Positions 1 to 11,438 of a stretch of 64,000 nt of DNA are shown here, piece by piece. Within the stretch, counting starts at the first letter, position 1. Each line of letters begins with the position of its first letter. The DNA comes from Utricularia gibba (taxonomy: Eukaryota; Plantae; Magnoliophyta), in the NCBI GenBank assembly GCA_002189035.1, contig NEEC01000002.1:5952001-6016000 (forward strand), written 5' to 3'. The translations under genes were made by a program, and so were the position numbers. A model generated the notes under the pieces. It had not been told where the DNA came from. It did no database searches and saw only the letters and a list, made by a program, of their open reading frames with translations.

Positions 1-47
1 CACCTATTGTTGAAGTATGAAGTTACCTAACTGCAAATGTGTTCCAG

Positions 48-686
48 GTACATTCACCATCTCACTGTTGAGGGATTTGCTCTCACGTTTCCCTTAAATG
101 AAACCGGGCAATATGGTAGTGATGACTCTGGCCAGGATGGGACAAAGATCAACTTGAAAGCCACCATGTATAGGTAAAACTCATTCCTTTTCATCTTCAA
201 CAATAACATCATCTGCACATTTCCATATCATACTGGAAGCAGTAGTATATTCTATGCCACTGGTTTGATGTCCAGCTCCTGCCGCCTTTAAGACTCCGGC
301 GGCCATATATGCCCATCTTTTTTCTTGTTTGTGCAGGAAAGATGTATCGCCTGTACTAGAGGGCTGCAAGTGCTACACATGCCGGAATCACACGAAGGCT
401 TACCTACACCACTTGTACAATGTCCATGAAATGCTCGCTCAGATTCTATTGGAAATGTATGTGCCTGCTACCTAACCCCTTCATCTTCTTCCTGTTTCGG
501 TATATGCTTGTGTTCATTGTGGCCCATGGTGGTGTCTGTTCGCCCTTTTCCAGTCACAACACTCATCACTATCTGCTGTTCTTCCGTACCGTAAGAGAAT
601 CGATCGACCATGGAGTTTTCATGAACTTCTTCAACCATTTTGTGGAGACTCGACGCTCTCATCTAGCTGCTGAACCCAGAAGCTGA
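48..686 (+). CDS. QTRT2: Queuine tRNA-ribosyltransferase accessory subunit (TGT family), 3' part; gene starts before the window
   Basis: Exons 48-173, 337-456 and 554-686 have GT-AG borders and splice to ...KINLKATMYRKDVSPVLEGCKCYTCRNHTKAYLHHLYNVHEMLAQILLEIHNTHHYLLFFRTVRESI...*. This contains the zinc-binding C-x-C-x2-C...H motif and C-terminus of eukaryotic TGT accessory subunits. Confidence 0.85.
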
Positions 687-1103
687 AATCCATTTCCGAC
701 ACTTCAGGAGCCCTGCAATTTTGGTACAAAAGGTAACCAACCTTTGTTGCTGGAGGAGCTTCGGGAGTTGTGCTGTGTGTTATTCTTAATCAGGCAATAG
801 CGTCATTGATATGTAGTTGTTTTGAAGCTCTTCCTGGATCTATCTTCTTTACATGGTCCAAGGCTCCGATCTTTGTTAGATATCGTGTGTGCATACCTTA
901 TGAGTACCTAAATAGTTATCTGAACTAAGACAAAAAAAACCAACTGCCAATAACACATGCCATTCCATCATTCAATAAAAACTGAGCAAGTGCTGGTTAT
1001 TCAGTTTAGGTTAGCACATGAAAGGATGAAACCGACTGCTTCCTGAAAACACCCTCAAGCTGCATAGCTTTATTAGATGTAGCGTCTTCAGTACAAGATA
1101 TTC

Positions 1104-2114
1104 TTACTCCTGCAAATGAAATCAGATGTTATATGGTATAATGATTATCTGTATTTAGAGTTTCACTAGTTGCATGGCGTGAACGCATACCTCATCATCT
1201 TCATCGTTCTTTTTAAGGCGAGTCGTGCCACCCTCCTTGGTGATTGGTAGCTTCATAGGCCCGAAGGGGGTGGTCACACTTATATGTCCTTTCATGGTGT
1301 AACCAGTGCCTCGGCCTCGTATCATGTCCCAGACAGCTGAGCCACAGTCCTTGGGCCTAAAGGTAATGGGGATTTGTAGATCAGTGATACCATTCTTTTT
1401 AATTGTAGCATTCTCATTCAGATCAGCTCCACCAATGCTTATACCACCCAGCCAAACTTCATAGTCAAGATCGTTAAGCCCCAAGTCGAAATCATTCTTG
1501 TTATCCAGCTTCAAGTAAAGAGTGGCAACAGTTTCCTCAAAAGAAAATTTCACGAAATGTATCTTTTCTATGTCAATATCCGGCTTGTAAGGCACAGGGA
1601 TCTCTCCGGTTTTCTCAAGAGGCAGAGTTAGCCTCCCAAACACTGGAACATCCACAATCAGATCAACCTTGACTCTATAGGGGATGATGCTCCCAGGTTT
1701 GATGTCATTGTATGTGCTTTTTATATCATCATATACCAGACTAACAGGTATGTTGACCGTCTCAGAGCCATGAGCATGTATTGTCCCAGCATCAGGAATC
1801 AACCCCGAAACTAATTTCCTTCCATCACTCTCGATTAAATAGTTTATATCAACCAGAGGTATGGGGACAGGATTCGGATTGCTCACAAGAACATCAACAA
1901 CCACATCAGCCTTCTCCAGATTGATGTGTTTGATATGAACCCCAGAGACATCAGCGGATGGTTTGCCAAATCCTACTGTTTCTTCGATTTTCTCTCCTAT
2001 ATCATGGATGAAATGCTTCACTTTTCCCAGAAACCCACCCTTTTCATCTTCACCGTGATCCTCTTTATCACCTCCTGCCCTTTCTACTACATCGGAGTTA
2101 TAATGAGACGCCAT
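1104..2114 (-). CDS. Late embryogenesis abundant group 2 (tandem LEA_2/WHy domain) desiccation-related protein, At2g44060-like
   Basis: ORF 2114-1191 has two LEA_2 repeats (GFGKPSADVSGVHI...YDDIKSTY; IPVPYKPDIDIEKIHF) and an acidic tail. A donor GTATGC at 1190 and acceptor TTTGCAG at 1110 give a 6-nt last coding exon GAG TAA (1109-1104). Confidence 0.9.
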
Positions 2115-2578
2115 ATATATCTGCAGTGCAGGATTTCAAAACTCAGAAAGATGAATGATTTCACAGTTTCGCAGCAAACATGATCAACTGAAAGATGAAA
2201 CACAGAAAATTCCAGATCCAGCGTCCAACCACAAGTAAAGTACATCAAATAAATCCTAAAAATTTCTCAAGTTTTCAAATCCATCGTATTCCGACAAAAA
2301 CAGAACTAGAATCAAAACCAAAGTACATTAAAATGCGATCTACAAACAGAAGACAAACAGTGGGAACAGAAATGCGGATGCTCGCTGGAAAAGTAAAAAT
2401 GGAACCCGCTCTATTCACAAGAGTGGCGAAAACAAGAATGCATCACATACCCCAAATCTGTGGCGATCCACGTCCCAACCTCTCAAAAACAGAGGAAACT
2501 AGCACAATACCAAGTCAAAGCGCGAGAGCCCGTGCGAACAGAAGGATCGAGACTGAGAGAAATCAAAAGCCACCGATT

Positions 2579-2690
2579 GCCGACACCTTTTCCGTCGTTG
2601 TCATGTTGTTTTCTCATTGAAGACGCGGCGCTGAATTTTCTTAAAAAATATAAACAAAAAAAGATAATGCATAATATCTCTCACACGTGG
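2579..2690. promoter_or_regulatory. DRE/CRT core (GCCGAC) and G-box/ABRE (CACGTGG) near the 5' end of the LEA_2 gene
   Basis: GCCGAC at 2579-2584 and CACGTGG at 2684-2690; this pairing is typical of ABA/dehydration-induced LEA promoters. Short motifs, function not shown. Confidence 0.4.
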
Positions 2691-3288
2691 AATAAAGTTG
2701 AAAATCGCTAACATTTTCTTAAAAAATATAATCAGGATATTGCAATAAATATCTTAATTAATTTCTCTTCCCCAGACGAGGGATGTGGATGGGGTATTTA
2801 GAAATGTGGCCACACTTTCACTATTAAGTGAGAAATTTGGCCACGATTAGTGTTAAAATTTTAATTTAATGTGTGTGAGATAAGATGAGTATGGCAATAT
2901 TTCTAAATCATTGTTTTATTAAGTAACATATATATGTTAGTTTTATATATTTATATTATTCATATATTAATTTTTTAAATATATTAATACTATACAGAGA
3001 TAAATCTAATTATATTTATATCAATATATGTTTTTTCATTTATATCTCTTCAAAATTATTATTTTTTTCTTAAATTCTAATAATTGTGTTTTTATTATAT
3101 ATCAAATATTTTTTTTATATTTTAGAATATCAATTACATAATTTATTATATAATTTATAATTAAATATATATTCAATTATATCATATTTAAACATTGTTG
3201 TGGTTGAAAATAGGTGTTAGGATGGGGACCAATTTTCGGGTTATAGATATGGTCGGGTGCATTATATCCAATTAAGATTCCAGTATTA

Positions 3289-3726
3289 TGTGTTGTGCGA
3301 TACGATTAACATGAATAAAGAGAGACAAGGATTTTAACATAAAATCGTTGGAAAACGGAAAAACCACGAAATTGTCAAAGCTCGTTGGAGAGTGACTACA
3401 TTAGATGACGATGGGAAAAAGATACAAAGTAGAGGGTTTAGAGTACAACACTTTCCTCTTTAAAGTTTATTGTATTTATAGAATGGATTATTATGATTGA
3501 ATTTGATATTTTGTAGATATTGGCTGCTTTTCGAACTATGGTATTACTTTCAAATAACTATCGGCTGCTTTGTCATTATCGTAATTCAATTATTTTTCAG
3601 ATTGTCCAAAATAATCGTTCAACTTTAACGTTTATTGTTCTGTCAGCTTGCATCAAATTGTTAGGATAACTTTTGACTCCTTTTCATTGATCGATTATCC
3701 TAATCTGATTTATATACCACCAAACA
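3289..3726 (-). mobile_element. Probable solo LTR of a Ty1/Copia retrotransposon
   Basis: 438 bp bounded by TG...CA with identical 5-bp flanks TATTA (3284-3288, 3727-3731). The minus strand has CTATAAATA (3473-3481) and a Copia-like U5 tract CGTGGTTTTTCCGTTTTCC...AAAATCCTTGTCTCTCTTTATT...CAACACA. Confidence 0.5.
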
Positions 3727-4276
3727 TATTAATATTATATCATCAAACGATCTTTTAGAAATACATGGAAAAAAATAATCATTTTCAATATTAATGTTTA
3801 CAATATGCCAAGAGACAGAAAGCATGAATCCTTGTGTTATTATCTGCACTCTCAACCCGGGGCTATAACCAATCCAGCCTCAAGATCACCTCTCGAGTGG
3901 CGCCCACTGAGATATACCCAGACTCACAGCAGCATTACTAGTGGGGAGTCTCAAGTTTGTTAATGAGTGAAGATGGAGCATCAGCAGAATATGGCTGCTT
4001 GGTGTAATTTTTCTAAGCAATAGACAAGGATGGTCACAAAAACTATTCTTCTTCTATATATTTTCAGTATTTCATCACCACCTGCTTTCACTCATTCAAC
4101 TTCTTAAGAAGCAACAACAACAGAACCAAGATCAGGATTTCTTCATTCAACTTCTTAAGGGAAAGAAACCCAACTCAAAATAGAGAGCCTGCTGGAAATT
4201 TTTTTCATGCCAACAAAGGTTAATCACATACTTTGTATTTTCGAAACAAACACTCTATCTGAATCCAATTTAAGCA

Positions 4277-7200
4277 TCACTTGGCTATGGGTGGAGGGCT
4301 TACCTTGCAGACTTCCACAGTGAAGCCAATATCCATGAGAACCAATAGCCACGCGTGCTGCTGCTCTGAGAGACGATCCCTAGGACCTTTTACTTCAACC
4401 AGCTTCGCCTCACCGGTGCAGCAGTTGTCATGGAGGCGCCACAATAGGAGATCAGGCATGCCTTTGGACCAACTGCAGTAATCTTGAGCCAAATGCCTGC
4501 AAATAGACGCAAGACAGGAGCCACCAATGCATTTAACAGCAGCTCGAAGATTGTTCATAGAGTGCTTCTCCCAGTTCACTCCCCTGCATGCTGTCCCGGC
4601 CCATGACTCCCACACCATTATAACAATTTCTTCACCCATTCCCTCTTCAATTTTCTTCAGCTGTGCTTCGATAAGGCTCTCTCTTGCGTGATAGAAACTA
4701 TCAGTCTCCAGATCCAAGGGTGCAGTCTGCAAACACAAGTTATATTTGAGCTTCTTCTCTTCCTTCTTTGTTATCATAGATTATCACATTGCGTATAATA
4801 AATCCTAATCATCGACACAAGTTGAAAGCAGAGCTCAGAGAAAATCTGGACGCAAAAAAAACATGGTCTTTTTGTTCCAAAACGAGAAGAGGTATTCTTT
4901 TCCTTTCAATGAAAAGTGTACCTGGAATTTTGTCCTAAATACGTTTGGGACATCTGCAAAAATGATATCCCACATCAAGATGCCAAAAATCATGAGCCAA
5001 ATTCCACTCTCAGCGTGAACGCCTTGCCAGCCACCACCTTCTCCAGAATAATGCTGCAAAGCAAGTTGTTCCACTCCACACTGCTCCCCATCCTCACCAT
5101 AAAATATGCTCTTCTTTCCCGTTACACACTTCAGTGGTCTTCCTTGTACATGAACCTAAAAACGCAAATACTTCCATGTTCATCAATGAAAGAACCAACA
5201 AGCTTATACATTATAAGGAGCTACCTCAAATATCTTCTTTGTGGCATTCTTCAAAAAAGTAGGCAATTTCCAGCGTCGGGGAGGTTTACCCAGCCGCAAC
5301 ACCCTCCTTTGCAGTGCTATCTTTGAACCAGCCCGAATCCATGGATCCGATAAACTGTTTTCTGCAACACAAAGGCTATCTTCCACACAACCAATATGTT
5401 CCAAATCAACAGAGAGCCTTAATGCCCAATGTCCTCTTCTTCTATCACAACTGAAAATTCTTAGTAGTTGTTTTAGTAGATTGATGGCATCAGCATACCT
5501 TCAAAGTAAAAAAAAAAAAAAAAATAGAAAAGAAAACATAAAAAAAAGATAAGTGAAGATAAGGAATAAATTAAACGACAATATCTGAAAATCGAGTTAT
5601 AAGGATCAAGACCTCTTCTTACGCTCAAGAACGGAGACACCCAGTGACACCACCTTAGAATATACCCATGATGCAGAAAACTGCAATAAAAAGGCAGCAG
5701 CTGGACCAGAACTTGAAAGATTGCCTTCTTTGGACAAAACTAACATCCGTGAAGCAGAGATATCTATGCATCTCAAAACCAATTCGAAATTATTGTGATC
5801 AATAGATTCAACCATAATTTGTGAAACCTCAACAGCCTGTAACATCAGTATAGCTAGTGTAAACCCTTTTTGCTGCTATAAATGACATTGAAGTTAAAGC
5901 ATACCTCCTCATAAGAAATGAAATCTCCCCTATTTGAAAAGACAGGTGTGGAGTTGATACATGTGTAAATTGGGTACTTCACAATTCCTAGATCCATTAG
6001 CATAAATGCTGAAAGATCCTGTTCCCCATTGAGGAAGAAAAGCCTCTGCAAAAGAATGATAAAGTAATTATACTTAAATAATCATGGTTTTCGCTGTGCA
6101 TAGACACAAATCCGTGTGTTATCATGCATACAGCGATAAAAAAATGTCTTGGCAAAAAGTTTCTGGGGAGAGCATCTAGTTTCTACTCCTAATCAATAGA
6201 GCATGAACATGACTGAAAAGGTACACCTAGTGAAGAGTGGTCACCAAGATAGTCTGAATCATAAGAAAGTAACCTCAGCTCGCCAAATTAGTGCTTCAGT
6301 CATCGGGGATACTTCAACACAGGATCCAGTAATTGATAACATGAACCTTGGGAGCTCTGGGCTTCACGAGAAAGTGATCCCTTGGTAATCTCAATGTGAA
6401 ACCCGTAATATACAGAAGACTACAGCATCTGCCACCTTACCCAAGGCCATCCTTGATTGAGGACAGAAGTAAGTCAATCATTTCTTGCTTCCTCATATGA
6501 TGACCCCATTTCTGAAGTGTTTATGTTACAATACAAGTTGTTACCAAAATCAGCCACATAAGATACTTTAACTAAAAGAAAATTAGAAAAAACCATCCTC
6601 CTTGTGAAAAGCGGCATGCAAATAAATTTGGGCATGCAAGGCATCATTCAAAATAGAACTAAAACCCATTGGAAAAAAATGACAAAATCTCTGGTCCGTA
6701 TCTGTCCACACAGTTGTTCTTTTTCTGTGTGGTCATCAGAAACCAATGTTGATTTAGGAGCATAATCAACGGAATCAATAACATTCACAAAGAACCCTAC
6801 ATTACGCTCCTTTGCACAATTTTCAGGCAGTGAAACGACATTTCCTATAGCATTATTTATTACACAAACTATCTCTGAAGTAGGTTTCTTTTACGAAAAG
6901 GTACTTCATGATTCATTTTCAATAACAATTTGGCTCACACAACAATATAACATCAAAACATCAGCAGTCCCTAAAATATTAAAAATGCCCCAAGCGTCAA
7001 AAAAGAATGCAAAACCAACCTTTCCAAGGAGGCGGAAAGCTTCCTGCAGCTCACATACGGTAAGGGTACCCAAGACCTGCTCTATTTCTTCTTCGTTTCT
7101 CAGCTGAGAGGAACATAGATAGCCTACTTCTGCATAAGGATAGTAATCAAATATTTTTCTAATAAAAAAATATATGCCATGAGTAACAACTTAGATGACA

Positions 7201-9197
7201 AAAGGTTGAAATTACCTAATAATTCGTTTGCAGCTTGATAGCAATTGGATATCTCCGGGTACGATATTTTGGAAATACGAAACAGTGGCCCTGTAAGAGT
7301 GGCAAGAAAAGCTTGTCATCACTACACCCTATGAAATTTTCTCCAGAGAAAAATGACCGTTTCCATGTTAAAAAAAGGTATTTTTTAAAATACAAAATGT
7401 TGGTTCTGGAAATGAATTTGGAATAGAAATGAGCAGCATATGTCAATGAAATTCATAGATCATCCACAAAAATCCAAGCAACAATGTTACTCGGATAATA
7501 GGGGCAAGTCAAACCTTTGCGCATTAGCAACCTTGCAAAAAGTCTCTGGCTATCATCTGAGAGTGAGTCAAATGCTTCTGGGATGAGGAAACACGTGCAT
7601 CATATCAGAAACTTCGGATATCCATTTAACAAATAAAAAGGAGAAGTTAGAACACAATACGTAGGAAAGAAATCTCCTTGACACTGAACAAGTGAGAGTG
7701 GCTCATTAAAACTTCTTGTATTAGCACTCTCAAATTGTTCTGATATTTTGTCATTCTAGAGAGCTTAGTGTACCACAGAACATTTTTCCACAATGACATG
7801 AACTCCTCGATGTCAGAGACAAATGAATCACAAAGCTCGAAATTTTTACATGCAATCTTAATAGGTACAGCTCCAACTGGGTCCTTTGGCAAGGAAACAA
7901 TATGACCCTGCAATTATTTATATCACTTGAAACCTTTTCTCAAGAAATACCTCAATCCAAATGAAGTGTATATATTAAGAGCAAAATAATCAAAAATAAA
8001 TTTACCTCAAATGTCAAATGAAACTTGTCAATTAAAGGTGATAGATATTGGGACAACTCACGTGGCACATACCCCAGCGTACTATCAGATTCATGATTGG
8101 CATAATGCACCTGGTTAATGGGCATCAACCATTTGATCAAGTAACCCAAAAAAAAAAAAAACAGTACAAAAAGATGACAGAAAGAAACCTTAATAGCATT
8201 CTGATCAATTGAATTCTCAGGATCTCTACATAGGCATATCCTCAGCCTAGAATCCAAGTCATTTCTGCTACAATATCTACGACCAACAATGATTGTTGGA
8301 ATAACAATCTTAGAAACATCATAATCATTCAACAATTCCTCCTCACAAATGGGTTCATCAATTTCTGTCCCCGCTTGTTGTGCCAGAAGCCTATTCTCTA
8401 TGCCTGCAACAGAATTTTTAAAGGAACTAGAAGCAGCGTGATCTTCCCACGAAATGGTACTATGGATATTCTTATGCTGGTCGAAAGGACCAGAAAACTT
8501 GAACGATGAAGAGCTGATACAGTTGCTCTGAATTGAAATGACGTTGCTTCCACATAGTTCTGGCTCCTCGTCCTGAACTTTACATTTGGGACCGGAGAAA
8601 TGAAGAAGAGTAAGCTGCCTTAATTTCCGTTTCTTGCCCTTAGCAAGGCACTCATCTGAAACAATACAATACATGTATAAATTCATTTTACGGACATTCG
8701 GTGGTAATCCAATTCATGTTGAATCCAAATAGACGGACATATTTCAAAGACTGGTGTCATTGAATAGCTTCTCATGATCAAGTGCTTAAAGGCCAAAAAT
8801 TGTACATAATGAACATCACCCAGATCAGCAAAAGCCCCACAATCATCATTATCCACTACCTAAATGAGAATTGATGAGTCTATCATCCAATCCTGGGATT
8901 TGTGTTTGACAGACAGGACAAATGACCAAATCTGTGCCAGAATCAGCGCTACAAAAAACCCCTTTCTCCTCCAGAAATCTTCCCACATTCCCTTCAACCT
9001 GCAAAAGAAAAAACAAATTAATAATGAACACAAAAAAAGAAAAAGAGGAGAAGAACAATATAAATAGCTCATACGGTCGAGGAGTGAAAGGGTGTCCCAG
9101 CGGAGGAAGATGGAGAAGCAAGAATCGCGTTGCGGTTCGGAAGGAAACGACGTGGTTTCCCGATTACCCTCTCCAGGCTCCGACGGCCAGCGAGCAT
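4277..9197 (-). CDS. FAN1: Fanconi-associated nuclease 1 homolog (UBZ-like finger, HIRAN, VRR-NUC), multi-exon
   Basis: Start MLAGRRSLERVIGKPRRFLPNR at 9197 (first donor 9074); finger CPVCQTQ...INSHL|DEC; HIRAN-like RDPENSIDQNAIKV...LGYVPRELSQYLSPLID; VRR-NUC GMPDLLLW...LVEVKGPRDRLSEQQHAW; stop 4277-4279. Internal exon borders not all resolved. Confidence 0.92.
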
Positions 9198-9778
9198 GAT
9201 GAGATCATCTCAGGGACAGGTCTCTACTTCAAGACGATTCAGTTGTTGGGAAGAAACTAGAAACTTTTTATTGCAGTGCAGGCATCGCAACGGCTAATTG
9301 AAGTTGAACCATCAATATATATAGAAGGGGAAGGAGATTAGGTCTTTCCCTATTGAAAGCTTTTTCATTTTTGTTTTTTTTAGTCACTTGTTCTTGTTGA
9401 AGCTCAGCTCCTTTCATCCATGTCTTCCTTCCATGGCTACCGATGCCAATGTGCTGTCTTTTTACGCCTATATACATTTTTTTTGTTTTCCCCTTGTCGC
9501 AATGCATCTGCAACGCGGTAAGTTTTGGCAACCGGCGACGAGGCGACACCTCCTCATAGAGTCGTTCAAATCGAGGGACGATGACTGCAAAACCATGTGT
9601 TGATGCCTTCTTTTGGACTGAATTTTATTCTTGGGTTGGCTTGACTGAATTTTTGCCCTTTTCCACGCTATCTTGAAGACCATAAAGGAGTTTAACTTCT
9701 TCCTCCATTTCTTGATAGCCTATGGGGCTTTTGAGGGAGAAGATGCTCCAGTTTGTGTGGTCGGCATGAGTGTCGTCA

Positions 9779-10930
9779 GAGTTAATTAGCTATTTAGCCC
9801 TCTTCAAAAAAACTCTTTGCTAAATGGCTTTATTTGGTAGACTTTAGCTAAATTGCCCTACTTTATGTAGGTATTAGGTAAATAGTTTTACTTTTATCAT
9901 AAATAAAAAAATAATATAATTATTATTTACGAAAAATACAATATATATGTATATATAATTTTATATTAATTATTATTTTGATTTTATATTTTTATTTCTA
10001 TTTAAATTAGATATATTTAATTATTTAATTTTAAAAATATAACATAAGTATCAATATTTATATTTAATAGTTATATTAAAAATTTTTTCATAATAAATTA
10101 ATATAAAAAATACATGAAAATATTTATACAAAATTATTATAGTAAATGCTTTTAAATTAATTTATTTAACCCAAAAATATGTTAAGGTACATCACCTAAT
10201 GATATAATTAATATACAATAATATTTTTCAATTTTTTTTAAAAAAAATTAAATATGAAAAATTTATTAATCAATATTTTTATCTATTTAGTATATTATTC
10301 GATCTTATACCTAATTTATTAAGATTTGATTAATAGATTTTCACATTTAGTTTTTTTAAAAAAATTAGAAATATTATTATGTATTAATTATATTATTAGA
10401 CGATATATCAAAACATATTTTTGGATTAAATAAATTCAATTGAAACATTTGATATAATGATTTTTTATAAATATTTCCATTCTTTTTGAAATATTAATGG
10501 AACTATGAATACTAATAAAACCAATACTATCACGAAATTACCTAAAAGTTTCAGTGAATTATAACAACAATTAATATCACGAAAAAGTTTCATTAAATTA
10601 TGAAAACATTTTTAGGATAATTACAAAATATTCATATTGATATATATGTTATATTTTTACAATTAAATAATTAAATATATATAATTTTAGTAGAAATAAA
10701 AATATAAAATCAAAATATTAATTATAAAAATTATATATATACACATGTAATATATAGTTAATTTTATTTTATTATTTTTCGTAATAATAATTATTTTATT
10801 CTTTGTTTATGATAAAAATAGGACTATTTACTTAATACCTACATAAAGTAGGGCCATTTAACTAATGTCTAACAAATAGTACCATTTAACCAAGAATTTT
10901 TTTGCAGAGTGCTAGATATCCAATTCACCA
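9779..10930. mobile_element. Non-autonomous Mutator-like foldback element, nearly fully palindromic, with 10-bp TSD
   Basis: Direct repeat AGTGTCGTCA at 9769-9778 and 10931-10940 abuts both ends. The left arm (TAGCCCTCTTCAAAAAAACTCTTTGCTAAATGG...CCCTACTTTATGTAGGTATTAGGTAAATAG) matches the reverse complement of the right arm, with pairing continuing to a centre near 10300. No ORF. Confidence 0.85.
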
Positions 10931-11438
10931 AGTGTCGTCAACGGTGGGGCTTCCGAGGAGATGACCCAGTTGGGTAGGCATGTGCAGCACTAAAATGAAG
11001 TCTTTGTCGCAAAACCCAACTCGAAATTATTCGAATCAACAGATCACACACTGCAAAAGGTGTGTCAAAGTTACTGCGAATGTTATCCCTGCTATATACT
11101 TGAACACAGTGACTTTATTGAACACATAATACACATTTCGTATACAAATACAATAAAGTTATCTAATTTACCAAACATAGCATTAGAGTGCGGGAGAAAA
11201 GAGGGTCATTCTAGTTTTTCAAAGTCTGCTAATTGTCATTTGCTATGAATCGAACAGGGTCATTCTTCTTTATGTGGAGCTGGAAACACATTGGAAGAAA
11301 CAATGGGAGAGAAGATTGGAGAGTTCTCTCATGACAAGAGAAGCTGGCAAATAAGCACGAATGGCACATCACATTTCCATGGAGTAGATGTAGCTTTTGG
11401 TAGTTAGGAATGCATCTACCAAGCACCAGAAGTTACAG

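Noticed and set aside
181-369. 62-aa minus-strand ORF, and similar short ORFs opposite real exons throughout the window
   Set aside because: Antisense shadows of QTRT2 and other spliced genes; no family motifs.
2195-2711. 141-aa and 83-aa plus-strand ORFs
   Set aside because: Antisense to the LEA_2 5'UTR and intron; low-complexity complement of CT-rich leader sequence.
9268-9760. Minus-strand frame MEEEVK...*...HGFAVIVPRFERLYEEVSPRRR upstream of FAN1
   Set aside because: Interrupted by a stop, no recognisable domain or splice structure; treated as promoter sequence.
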